Source: Chrysomallon squamiferum
Taxonomy: Eukaryota; Animalia; Mollusca
Reading direction: 5' to 3'
DNA length: 64,000 bases
Assembly (NCBI GenBank): GCA_012295275.1
Contig: CM022673.1
Coordinates: 3,410,001 to 3,474,000, forward strand
Part shown: one piece after another, positions 30,925 to 44,100 of the stretch
How the letters are laid out: every line of letters starts with the position of its first letter
Position numbering within the stretch: the first letter of the stretch is position 1
Notes under the pieces: generated by a model
Told to the model about the DNA's origin: nothing
The model's database searches: none
The model's input: the letters and a program-made list of their open reading frames with translations, nothing else
Translations under genes and position numbers: made by a program

Positions 30925-33900
30925 TGTAAGAGTAGTAGTAGTAGTCGGTTTTAGAGGATTTCTTATTAGTTTATGTATGTTGTATGTTAGTGTATGTGAA
31001 TGTCATTGTAGCAGTAGTATTACTCGAAAGTCTAAAGGAATGAAATCAAAATCTTCTGATAATACTCTAAAATAAGAATAGCAAGAATTATTATTTATTT
31101 ATTTATATTTATTTTTATCGACCATTAGTGGATGAAAATGATAGGACTGAAAGGGCCATTAAAAAAAGATAGTATGAAGTGATGTCCTTACACAAAGCTG
31201 TTATTTTCGCTTAAATCAAAACACGACCAAACCTCCTGTATCAAATAAACGAATAAGCACAGTTCACTGACAACTCCATATTTCGTCTCGTTCTCGGAAT
31301 GTCAAAGGTCTTGGGGTACATCTGTATTCGTCTGTGATACATTGTTTTCTTGAAAGCTTCGAATACAGTCGTCTGCCATTTGACCTGCAGAGGGCATATC
31401 TTATTAAACCTGACATTTGTTGAAAAGCAGGTTGGGATCACTAGGTTAAAACATCTTGTTACATGTGATGTGTCTTAACAGACAAACTCACCCACGTGTT
31501 GAAATCTCGTTCAGAAGGGCTTTCGTTTTGGACACAGTTATTATCTGTTTATGTGTTGTGCATTACTATTTCTTGTTATAACGGTTTTGGACGTGCTTTA
31601 TGTTGCATATGCGGCTCTTTGTGTGTTATTTTTAATTGTAATTTTGTTTTCTGTTAGTTAATTATAGAATGTTTACAGAACCCGTTAAAATCAGAATGTT
31701 TGCATGTACTATATGTATTTTGTACATTGTCTTTATTTAGTTTTGTTGAGTTTGGACGTTTTTAAATGTTTGCTAATATTTTATTTAAAAAGATCAACTA
31801 ACCAGCTGGGCTGAATTAGTTTTGTATTATTTTTCTTTTTCAGTGTATTGTCGAATCCTACGCTTTAATATTGAGTGTTAATTTATGTAAACTGTATATA
31901 TATATATATATAAAAATTATCCATATTAAATTCTTGTTTGTGTTATTGTTCTCTAGTGGATACAGAATAGTTAATTAGTAGTTTAAGCTGTCTCAGATAA
32001 TTAACATCTTGTCACGTGACACTATTATAGTCTGCTACCCTTTAGACGGGACGAGGCCAAATTTGGAGTATTAATACCACTCAGAGTAGTCTTCATGACA
32101 GTGCGTTGGGTTGCTTTGTGTTGTTAATCCTGGCAAAAATGAATCTATGATAGGTTTTAATAATATTATGAACCACTGTCAAAACTGTTATTTGTTATCA
32201 TGAAGTTTAAAATAAAACCACGCCTACAAAACAACTTACTACAAAGCTTGATGACATTAGTCCTCAACAAAAATGGAGTTATCTTCCCAGAAGTGTCAGT
32301 TGCATAAATCTGTGGATTATACGCGGTTCCATGTACTCTGTGATTGATTGAACATTGTCTTACGCTGTTTTGCATTATATACGTTTATGTGTATGATATT
32401 TCATTATGTGTGTCGCGAATGTTAATTATACTGTACATATTTATGTTCGTGCATGCTAGTGTACAGGTTACATCAATAACAACAACATAACAACATCATT
32501 AACAACAACAACAACAACAACAGTAATAATAATATTAATAATAATAACAACAACAACAACAATAGTAAAAATAATAACTGAAAATAATGAAAATTAAATA
32601 GAAAAATAGTTATTTGTAATAAATAAATGAATAAATAAATAAATTTCTTGGCCTTCATATATTCCTCTTCATAACTACGTAGGTTATGTCGACCTGACAT
32701 GAAAACAAATATGCATATAAATAAAAAACAGTATATTTGTATAATTTAAGTGTATTATATATATCTCACGTTCTGTCACATGGTATTGGTTTTAAAAACC
32801 GTTAGAAGTTATCCCATTTCTAGTTAATATATTAATCAGGTGGTTCACACATGGACAACACGCTTTCAGTTTACATTGTTTTAAGAATTAATACAAAATG
32901 TGTCGCAAATTACCAATAATAATCAGCCAAACATTTTATTCTCTGCTTTCTTCTTTTCGTTTTTCTTTTTCTTTTTTTTCCTAGTTCCAACTAGCCTTAC
33001 AAGCAAAACAAAAAACAGGTCTCAGATTACATCAGTCTTTTGTATATTAAATAAAATCAAAAACAAAACTTGGACACAGATTTCCTTTTAGTTTACTTTT
33101 GTCAGTTTTCAAGCAAAAGAGAATTTAGTCTTCCTCTGATTCAAATTTCACTGCATCATCTAATTTCCTTCTAATTTCTTTGTGAAAATGTTTATATTTG
33201 AGTAATATCTTGAATTAATAATCAGCTAATTAATTAATTGATTAATAATAACCGTAAAACAATAATCTGTAATTATCAAATTTGACCAAAGTTCGCTGTG
33301 TTTTTCCAAAGCACTGAGAGGAATCTTTGATGCTTAGAGAGAAAAATGCGGAAATACACAGTGACCATAAGAACCGTATTTTCTAAATAAAATGACTGAC
33401 AACATTTTGATGCTTGCGGCAATATTCAAAGAAAGAACATTGCTTGAATGTGCTTCTTCCAAAATTATGGATCTGACCCTGAGAAATATTTGATGTAAGA
33501 GGCTTTTCTATTTACACAAAGGATCTTGTTTGACATTTTAAGTCGAAAACCTGCCGGACAATCAGAGCAGCAGCAAGTCATGCAGATTGATACAGAACTC
33601 AAGAATGTAATTTTAAACGCTATAACTTGAAACGTATCCTATTCAGTGGTCAGTACTTGTTAGCACTGACCAAGGAAATGGTTTTTATTCGGTCAACGAG
33701 CTTCCAGTTAATTACACAGTTCCAAATAATAAAATGAGAGTAAATTAGTAATACCACGTGTCAAAATTAATTTGTTATAAATATAAAAGTGGAATGTTGT
33801 AAACGGCCATGAAATCTAAGATGGTTTTCAGTGTCAGGAAACTAAGTGTTGTTACCTAAACCCATATTTAAATGTACACAAAAGATTTACGGTGAAGAAA

Positions 33901-34369
33901 TTGTTTAGAAATATCGCTATCGGAATACGCTAATGTAACATTAACTATAATTTAATACAAATATATGCATGCACATGAGTTTTCACGTGCACGCACATTC
34001 ATATTTTTGGTTCTGATTCATACTCATTATATGATATACCAAACATTTGCATATCCTTACACATACGCAGATATATACACGAATACACGCACGTTAAAAA
34101 CAAACACTATATTGTTTTTTTAACAGTTCGTCTCCAGATTTTCCGCACGGTAATTCCATAACCGTAATTTTCATACAAATACGATTATAATTCAAAAATA
34201 ATATTTACTCTATACATTAACTGAATTATCCAGTTATCAAAATAATATATTTATTATTTGTATTAACATTCCATCTTCTTTCTCTTTCAACACCAAAACG
34301 AAAATGAGTAAAAGAAGGAAAACAAAAACATTAAAGTACAGCATGAATCCAATCCATATCTTTTATACA

Positions 34370-34500
34370 CAGCCTCCCATTGGTTTCAAATTAGTGCCCA
34401 GTTCCACGCCAGTAGCTGGAGAGGAAATGATAACCTATAGGCGATATCCGGGGAGGACTTTCGTAAGGGCGGCGTTCAGTTATAACACTGCTTGCAATGC
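34370..34500 (+). promoter_or_regulatory. Putative promoter/TSS of the DSL-mucin gene (CCAAT at ~34378, Inr TCAGTT at ~34476)
   Basis: CpG-richer block highly conserved with 14380-14500, upstream of an ATG exon with a strong donor. Confidence 0.45.
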
Positions 34501-34673
34501 GTACACCACGCTGCAATAACGTTGACGACACACAGCTACAACGTAACAACGCTAAGCAGGTGCAAACAACGCGTCAGATCTCTTGTTGTTTCTAAGCATT
34601 GTGATAACACTCTGTTATTCTTGGAGTGTGCGATAGGGGTGTACACCCCTCCCCAACATTTAACTGTATTACC

Positions 34674-34712
34674 ATGTGGTGTCTTCTGGTAATATCAGTG
34701 ACAGTCACTGAG
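34674..34712 (+). CDS. Gene D exon 1 (signal peptide start [13 protein letters not shown])
   Basis: accATG context; AG|GTAAGT phase 0 joins FLVPVISSG of exon 2. Confidence 0.6.
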
Positions 34713-35034
34713 GTAAGTTTTATATATTTTTTTATTCGATTGTTTTGTGGGTGCTTTTTTGTTGTTTTTTTTTTTTTCTTTCTTTCTTTCTTTCTTTCTT
34801 TCATCTTCTTTGTTCATTTATATTTGGTTATATTTTATAACGTTTTCGTTAACAAAGGTATTTCTTTTCTTTTTTTTATTATTCATTTTCTCCTATTCTT
34901 TTTTTCTTTTTAATTTATTATAATTATAAGAAAATAAAATACTGATGACGTATTAGAATTAAAGGGAAATAACTCTATTTGATTTAAAATCTGATTATTG
35001 ATATTTTTAATATTTATTTCTGTTCATTGGTTCT

Positions 35035-35111
<77 letters not shown>

Positions 35112-37327
35112 ATCGTAGTGGAGGTGCTTCTTATAATGGATATGATGTGAGCTGTTTAAACTGCAATAATTTAATATGGAATAAATCAGGTGTGTCTCGA
35201 CACCGAATCACGGGGTGTTTTAAATACTGTAAGGAAAGCAAATAAATAAATAAATAAATAATAAAAAGACATTTAGTCACAGTTTTTACATAAAAATGTA
35301 CACAAATACTAAGTATGTGGCAAAAGACATAAATGCTCCGCTGCGGAAGGTCGCCTGATGGTTGTGATGCGTTTTTACTTACCTTGAAGAGGGGTCTCTT
35401 ATTCGCGTTTCTCTTTCGTTTTTATTTTTACATTATTTCAAAAACAATAAACACCATAAGGTAGTACACATATTCAGCTTTATCACATCATTCGTTTTTT
35501 GACATTTCATGTTTGAAAGACATCGGGGAATCAACAGACAAATTTATCATTTCAAAATGATAGTCGTGTGTCGAAGATAAGCTTACTTGAGTCTTTAATT
35601 AATCCTATACAAAATTCAAATTAGGCATTTTTATCATAATCTGCCAAATTTCATATAAACATTTAGGGTAGCAGATAATTATTTTTGGATTCCAAAACGG
35701 GTGGTGTCCACAGGAAACTACGCGAGCGAATTTTTCGTTTATTTTTCTGAGTGACCGAGTATTTATGTGGCATAAGGCAAGGAATATGTGGCATGATGCG
35801 TCTAAAGCTATCCAGAATTTATGAAAATTACGTAATTAAGGCGTACGGTAAATTTTAGCTAATTAGTGCATTTAATTAATTAATTAAAATTCATGAATAT
35901 TAGCAACTCGCTTAAAAATACTAGACAGAATTCATCAATAGCTTCATTTTGATATATAACACATGTATATTGGATTAAAACCATATGAGATATTCAGTGT
36001 TTATTTTGGAAAATGACAGCAGTGAATCACAGTTTCTCAGTAGATTATGAAGGAAAAATACTAGCCAATTTTATTGCGATAAAAATTCGTTACAATTTTC
36101 GTTTCAGTGCTATCAAAGAGATCTTGATGTCATTTAATATGCATTTTTTTCTTAGCAAAATAACAGTTTTGAACATTTTTGTAACATACCTATAAATATT
36201 TTAGGCAACATTTCCTGCATGAATTTTAAATGGTTAAGAGATTAATCAAGGTTAAAGATATTCAATAAAACGTATCTCTTTTCAACCAAGCAAGCTGTGG
36301 AAATGGGAGAGGTATCGAAACATGGCTTATCACCAAGCAATATTGTACTCCCTCAAAATGCTACTTAATTCCAAGTCTGCAGTTCGAAAAACAGTGTATT
36401 ACAGCCTATATGCTTAAGAGAGACTGAAGAAATGCAGCAAAGAAAAATCATTAGTTTAAGAAAAAAATAATAAAATAAAATAAAATAAAATAAACAGATA
36501 GATAGATACATAGATAAACAAACAAATAAACAAATATATATAAATAAATAAAAGAATAAATAAAATAAAATACTTTTTTTTTTTAAATAATAAAATAATA
36601 AATAATCAGAGAAATTATTAGGCTATCTTATATGTGTCTACATCGGTCTGCGTCTGATGAAGAACAAAAATGGAAATAATAATCATCATGTTTTTAATTC
36701 TTTGTTTATCAAATAATATAAACTGTTAAGAAAAAAAAATCAAATAAATAAATAAATAAATAAAAATAAAACAAAAATAATGATAATGATGATGATAATA
36801 ATAATAATAATAATAATAATCATAAAAGCAACAAGCAACCAAATTTATGAAAAATAATAAAAAAATTAGAAATAATAAAAATAAAGAAACAAAATTTGAA
36901 ATTTCATTAACAAAATGGAGAACAAGAGTTTACAATAACTAGAGCAAAAACATCTCATTAACAGATTATCCTGCACTTATTATGTGCTGATTCATTTTGT
37001 GCCTTCAGTATGAATTTGTAACAACTGTAAAATTTATAAACACGTTTGTTTTTTTTCACCTTCAAAATTTTGAAACATTTCGATGTATCTGGTTCGTGTC
37101 ACGAGATTTTACAATAAAAATTTAAGAATGTTCGTATTTCACGGATGTACTAATTATAGCTGTGTCGGATTACTGCTAGCCATAAGCGCACGTGACCAAG
37201 CCTTGACCTCGGCGCCAGCTGATCCGCAGTATGAAGTATGAACTGTTAAAGTACTGTGCTGAACATGCTGATTTAATTTATTTACTTTCTTTATTTTCTT
37301 TTTTCTTCTTCTTCTTCTTCTTCTTCT

Positions 37328-37373
<46 letters not shown>

Positions 37374-37990
37374 GATAATAAGTAGTAGTAGTAGTAGTGT
37401 CATCTAATGACAAGGACGACGTCAATAACAACCACAGTGATTAAAATACGAAATTCGACAACACTAAGGGACAAGTAGGTTTCAGAAAATGGGATGAACA
37501 AAACGTTAAACACGTCTGAATTCCATGCACATAGTAAGTATATCAGAATAAAGAAAGAAAGAAAGAAATTCTCCACATTGACCCAAACTGGTTTTTTTTT
37601 TTTTTTTTTTTTTTTTCCATGAGCTGTATCAGTTACAGTATTGAACCTCTGCAGGAAATAATCCTTTAAAATCTTGTTCATACTTCTTCATAAATCGTTT
37701 CCTTATTTCCACAACAAAGCAGTAGTTGTTGATTTTCATTCACAGCTCGCCCTATGCTTAGAGTACAGTTTAAACACTCGACAATAATACAGATGGATGG
37801 ATTATGCTTTGAAGGTGAAACTCTTTATCGACCAATAGGGGTCACAGGGACATACAACCTAAATTACGTACCGTAAAATAATACAAACAGATACGTACAC
37901 ACAGACAGACACACACAGCCATCAATAAAAGCTTTCAAGTATTTATTACTATTTATTTCCTCTGTTACGAGAAGTATTTTGACCGCGAGT

Positions 37991-38041
<51 letters not shown>

Positions 38042-39215
38042 CAGGTTAGAATATGCATGTTCATAAAATTAATTAGCAAATTGTGACAATAATTATTTCA
38101 AAAACAACTGTAACAATACTACATTTAAACGGGTAGCTTTATTTTATATAACATATATTTTGATTAAAGTATTAATTTAAATTTATAATTTTTTATTATT
38201 ATTATTATGATTAATTTTGTTTTTCTTTCTTTTCTCACTTTCTTTGTACTTACTTCAGTTTGTGAATAATCTGAGACAAAAACTCTTTCAGATGTCGGAC
38301 ATATGATGTCGGCAACTCCCATCCTTTCACTAAATACGACCAAACATCTGTCTATCAATATCTCCTTTCTTTATCATTTGTATTTACAAATGTTTTCTTT
38401 GACCACACCTTTTATGTGATGGTTCTTTTCTTATTTCTCGATTAGTTGAAGTTAAACGAGTGTTTGGAGAGTTTAGGAGGTCTTGACTGATATTTGTTTT
38501 TCAGATTTAAAATGTTAGTATCATTCTCTTTGCACATTATAAGTGGATATGATCTTAAATATAAAAATAAAATAAAGTACAATAGGTAAATAAGTAATTA
38601 AGTGAGTAAATTAATAAATAAATAAATACATTTATAAATATATTAATTAATTAATAATAATAAGAAGAAGAAGAAGAAGAATACTGGGAAGTTTTTTTGG
38701 GGGGTTGGGTTTTTTTTTTTTTTTTTTTTTGCCATTATTGTTTGTTGTTTTTATTACCGTTATCAGTTATCATCTTCTTCTTGTCTAAACATAATTATTA
38801 TCATTATCAAGAAGTAGATAAAAGCAGGCAAAACGTATTTATATATTTTTATTTCAACCTGACAGCCTACCATTTACCTTTCAGTCACATGTCATCTTGT
38901 ATCCTTAAGATAAATATTTACTCGATTCCCGAGAAACACGTGGCTGTAATATGTTTCGACATGCCGCCTACACGCACTGAACTGAATTATGAGGCTTTAT
39001 GCCCGTAGTTCTTAGCCACCGAGTGCAGAGTTTGTTGTACTTGGCATGTCTGCAACACGAAGACTTTGATCTCTTGAAATGACAGCTCAAACTGAATGAG
39101 GAAATGTTAAACTTTAAATGTAAAATATATAAAAATAGAAGAAAAAAAACCAAACGTAAAAAAGTAAAATTATGAAAAACTGAAATACGTAAGTAGTGCT
39201 TGAAGAATTTAACAT

Positions 39216-39282
<67 letters not shown>

Positions 39283-40070
39283 CTGAGACCCTTTTACTAT
39301 TATGTCTATTTTTGCCCGTTCGAAAGTTCCATATTTACTGGACTATTTATCCTGATTTTATTTTATGTTTTTTAATTTAGGAATACTTTATATGAGACTA
39401 CTCATATTCACATCCATTCTACAGGATGCTGATAATGCATATATTCACATTTTAAAATAATGTTTCCTTAAATGAAAGAAAATTCAAAGGAAATTCACTG
39501 CATTAAGAAATAGGTATTTGCAAGTCGAAATAATAGGTAACGAGATGTGGAAGTCTGTAAATATTCTTTGTCATTCTTTGAACACCTTATATTGGACCTT
39601 TCCCATTATTTTCTTTATGAAAACCATACTAAGCATATGACATTTGACAAATCTATTTGTTTTCCGCGACAAAACATTCACAAAGACGTTAATTCATGGG
39701 TTCTTTACTGAACGTTTTTGATTATTTCCCTTTATCAAATCGACCTCCCATGCGCAGTAATAATTTGCCCGCGTGCGACTACAAGCTCAGTCGTCTGCTT
39801 TAAACGAAGTCATAAATTTTACTGTAATCTTTGAAGTGTGTATTGTGAAATGGGGTGGATAGGTCAGACGTGGTGAAGGTTCGATAAGGTGCGACAATTC
39901 ACAGTATCTGGATATACAAAGAAAATAATAATAAATAAAGAAATCAAAATTAAAAGAACGAACATTATGTTTGACCGTACTTTATAACATCAACGAACGT
40001 AAGATTCAACATGTTGCATTAAGAGGCGAGTCCTACAATTACTGAACTAAATCAGTTTCCTAAGCTGAAT

Positions 40071-40106
<36 letters not shown>

Positions 40107-40108
40107 TT

Positions 40109-40148
<40 letters not shown>

Positions 40149-41102
40149 TTTATAATAATAACAATAATAATAATAAATAGTAACTATCAGATTATCATCT
40201 TATCTACACTGCTGTAAATTGTAATTATATAATTATGCAATTTCAGCTTGCGGTAAAGAAATCTTGATTTATTTTTTATAATTAACAAACATGAATACTG
40301 ATTTATTCAGAAGAATGTAGATTGTGTTGTACTGCGTAAATATTTAACAATTTATGTTTTGTTATTAACATTTGTATTTAGTCAAATTTATTATTTTTTG
40401 TAAACTTTATTTTTCTGTTTTTCTTCTGCTATTGGAATTACTAACAGGTGCTGAACACGTGGTTTAGAGAAAATAACAACTATATTGTTGTTTTCTGATC
40501 GCGTAAATGTTTGAAATCAAGGACTACAAGATGTAGTAAATGTTTTGCATGTGTTTAATTTGTGTGAACCTTCAGTTCTTTATCAGTGGTGGTCTGGTGA
40601 ACTTTACTGGAAGAAAACACCAGAGGCATGGTATTAATAAATATGCATAATTACATCAAAGTATGATATTTGTAAATCATATCTATATTCTATCTTTTAG
40701 GTTAAATATTTTGAATTTGGTTCAAATTTGGATTTATAATGGTTGTATAAAAGATAAAGAGAAAGAAAAAAAAAAAGGAAAACAAAAAGATATGTTGCAG
40801 TCTTTCATGTACAAATATAACAACATTATTCAGTTTTATATATATTAGATATGTTGCAGGCTTTCATGTACAAATATTGTCTAGAAGGTTGCTTTAAAAA
40901 GAAATTATGATCATCAATTAGTTAATAATCATTTTGGGCTTAAAATGTATGGATCATGCCAATCTGGAAGCAGTCTAATTTGCATCCCTTTTTGAACAGT
41001 ATTGTCATTTGTGTCTTGGTTTTTTTATAATCATATGTTTAAATTATCTAACATTTTTAAAACAATAACTCCTAACAATGTAAGTTTAAGTTTGTATTAT
41101 AA

Positions 41103-41190
<88 letters not shown>

Positions 41191-44100
41191 ATACATATGC
41201 ATATATACATACATAATCATACATACAATCATACACACACACAAACATACTTACGTACATCTACATATATGTTGTCTTGCAGAAGAATTAATGCCGTATG
41301 TTTGAGTCTTGTCAACAGCATCTGATGTTTGTGAGGTCATGATTGGACTTCATCCTTATGTGCCATGGCATTCCTGAATATTGTCTATGTGCAGAGTCTA
41401 AACAGTCATATTTAAGACAACAGAATGTTCATTCCTCAACAAACACACATGGACACACACACTAATATATAAACATGCATTTGCAGTACCAGATTTTTGG
41501 GTCAGGTAGTTTAATTTAATGTATGCAATATTATTTTTTTGTTTCAGTTTCTAGTCCCTGTTATCAGCTCAGGAGTAATTGAAACTACTTTTGTGAATTT
41601 TACAAACAATGAAGGGAAAAGATTTGATGGATCTTGTTGTGACAGATCAGGATGGGGTTGGTTTCCTGAAAAAGACTGTCACAAAGGCAATCCTTGTGAC
41701 CATAAATTCATTATCTGCATGGGAAAGAGTCCACAGTAAGTTGTAAATTAAATAAAATATACAAGAACCAAAACCCACTACTCATTATAATTTCTTATGG
41801 TGAAACTTCCATAATTTAATTTTCACATGGTCAGTTTTTTAACTTCCTGACAGAGATATGCCTTTAGATAAATTAGCACATAAGTAAGTAAATGAAATAA
41901 ACAATAACTGTGAATTTCAAAACTTAACATCTATGAGTGGATGTATATTTAGGAAACTGATGTCCAGTTAGAGCTACTGGACAAAATAGGACGATTAAAA
42001 AATTAGGTTTCTTTGAGTCAAGTGAACTCAATTAACTGTTTGAAAATAAACAAATACCTCAGATTACTTTTAGGGAAAATAATATCACTAAGCAATGCCT
42101 TAGGATGGCTTAATTGGACTTCTTACTGGACACTCATCACTGGCATTAATATTCATTTTGTATAATATGTAGAACTTTTGAATTATTTAATATCTTTAAT
42201 GAACAAATTAATATTAATGATGTAGCACATTTCACTAATATTTTTAATATGAAGTATTTTTTACTGATATTTTTAACACGAAGTTCAAAATATTTTGATT
42301 CAGATCAAGAGATGTGAATGATTGTAAATATAGCATTTTTTACTGATATTTTTATAACAAAGTTGATTCATATCAAGTGAAATGAGTGATAGTGAATGTG
42401 ACATTTTTTACTGATATTCTTAACATGAAGTTAAAAATATTCTTTTTATTCAGATCAAGTGACATGAGTGACTGTGAATATGGAAAAGAAGAAACTGGAT
42501 CTGTAGGAGGTAACGTAATCAGCTTCAATGGAAACCTTGGAGATGTGCCGAATCCTCTCAAGTTTAAATTTGATCATTGGCCTGTGAGTAACAAATTAAT
42601 TCAGAAAAATTACATTAAGCATGACTGTATGGAACACATGTATATGGAATACATGAATGTACATATATATGTCTGTTCTTGTGTGTGTGTTTGTGTTTGT
42701 GTGTGTGTTGTGTGTAATTTTGTATGTTTGTGTGTTAAGAAATATATTTGTCAGTATATATTATAATGTTTGTTTAAGTTGTTCACCTTAGTGTTACCAT
42801 TCCTATTTCAGTTTGTTTGAAAGTTTAGCTAATAGCACAAACATATCTAAATCTATCTTTATGTTTTCTTTGTTACAGTAATGAAATAATTTTGAGCTTA
42901 TCATGATTTCAGGGTGTTGTGAAATTAAAAATCGATGTGTTGGATGATGACGACAACAACAAATATGACTTTGTAGATCATTATGAATACCAATATGGAC
43001 CAAAGTTTCTTGGAAGAGAAATAGATGTTCCAGTCAGCAATTTGGTTTTGTCAGGATCTCGAACTGAGTGAGTGTTAAGATAACGAACGTTTAATCAATA
43101 AGCCAAATGTTGGAGAGCAGGGCATCTGGTATTATTTTAGTTTTTGGATGCTTCTTTCATTTTTAAATATTTAAAATAGTTTCATCATAATGGAAACCCT
43201 TGTCCTTCTGAAATACTGGATCCAGGGCTGTAACTAAAAAAAAAAAAAAAAAAAAAAACCCAGCAACAATAATGATATATGTTAATCATTAAACCACATT
43301 TCTATTTTTTGGTTATATTATTTATTAGTTAAATTTCAATTAAGAAAGATAAAATCATGATACACAGTATTTTATATAGTTCATTGATTAAAAACTTGCT
43401 TCTTTTATTTAAGTTTTAAATTATAGGATATGTTTCAATAAATCTATAAAAACCAGAACATTGTCATATATATCATAAACTGTTTCATCACAGGAAAGTA
43501 AACTGTCATATAGTTTAAAATGAACTTACGTTATCATTATTTTTCAGATTTAATCTAAAACTGAAGGTGTTTTGTGACACTAACTATTACGGTGAGAACT
43601 GTTCCACATTTTGTAAAGATGCTGATGATGACACTGGCCATTATATTTGTGATAAGACTAATGGTGCGAAGATATGTCGACCAGGTTTGCAGTTATTATT
43701 ATTATTATTATTATTATTATTTTTTAATTACTGCTGTTGTTATTGTTTGTTTCATCACAATTATTATTATTAGTAATGGTAGAAGTATTATTATTATTTA
43801 TTTTTATTTATTTTTATTTTTTTATTTTTTTAAAGGCTGGAAAGGTGACACATGTCTGATAAACATTGATGATTGTGGAGGTCATAGGTGTTATGAAGGT
43901 GCAACTTGTGTGGATCAAATTAACTATTACACATGCCAATGTCCACCTGGCAGAACAGGTTGGTCATCTATGTATTTATAATATTAAATTTTATCAAAAA
44001 CTTTTCTCCAATATATCCAAATAATTTTAAAATAATATTAAAAAATACTACCACCATCCCTGACAACAAGTCAAATATTTTAAAGTTTTAAAAAATATGC

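Noticed and set aside
38945-39060. GACATGCC...GGCATGTC inverted repeat as a pre-miRNA or MITE
   Set aside because: The stem is only ~8 bp with ~80 nt unpaired between; insufficient support.
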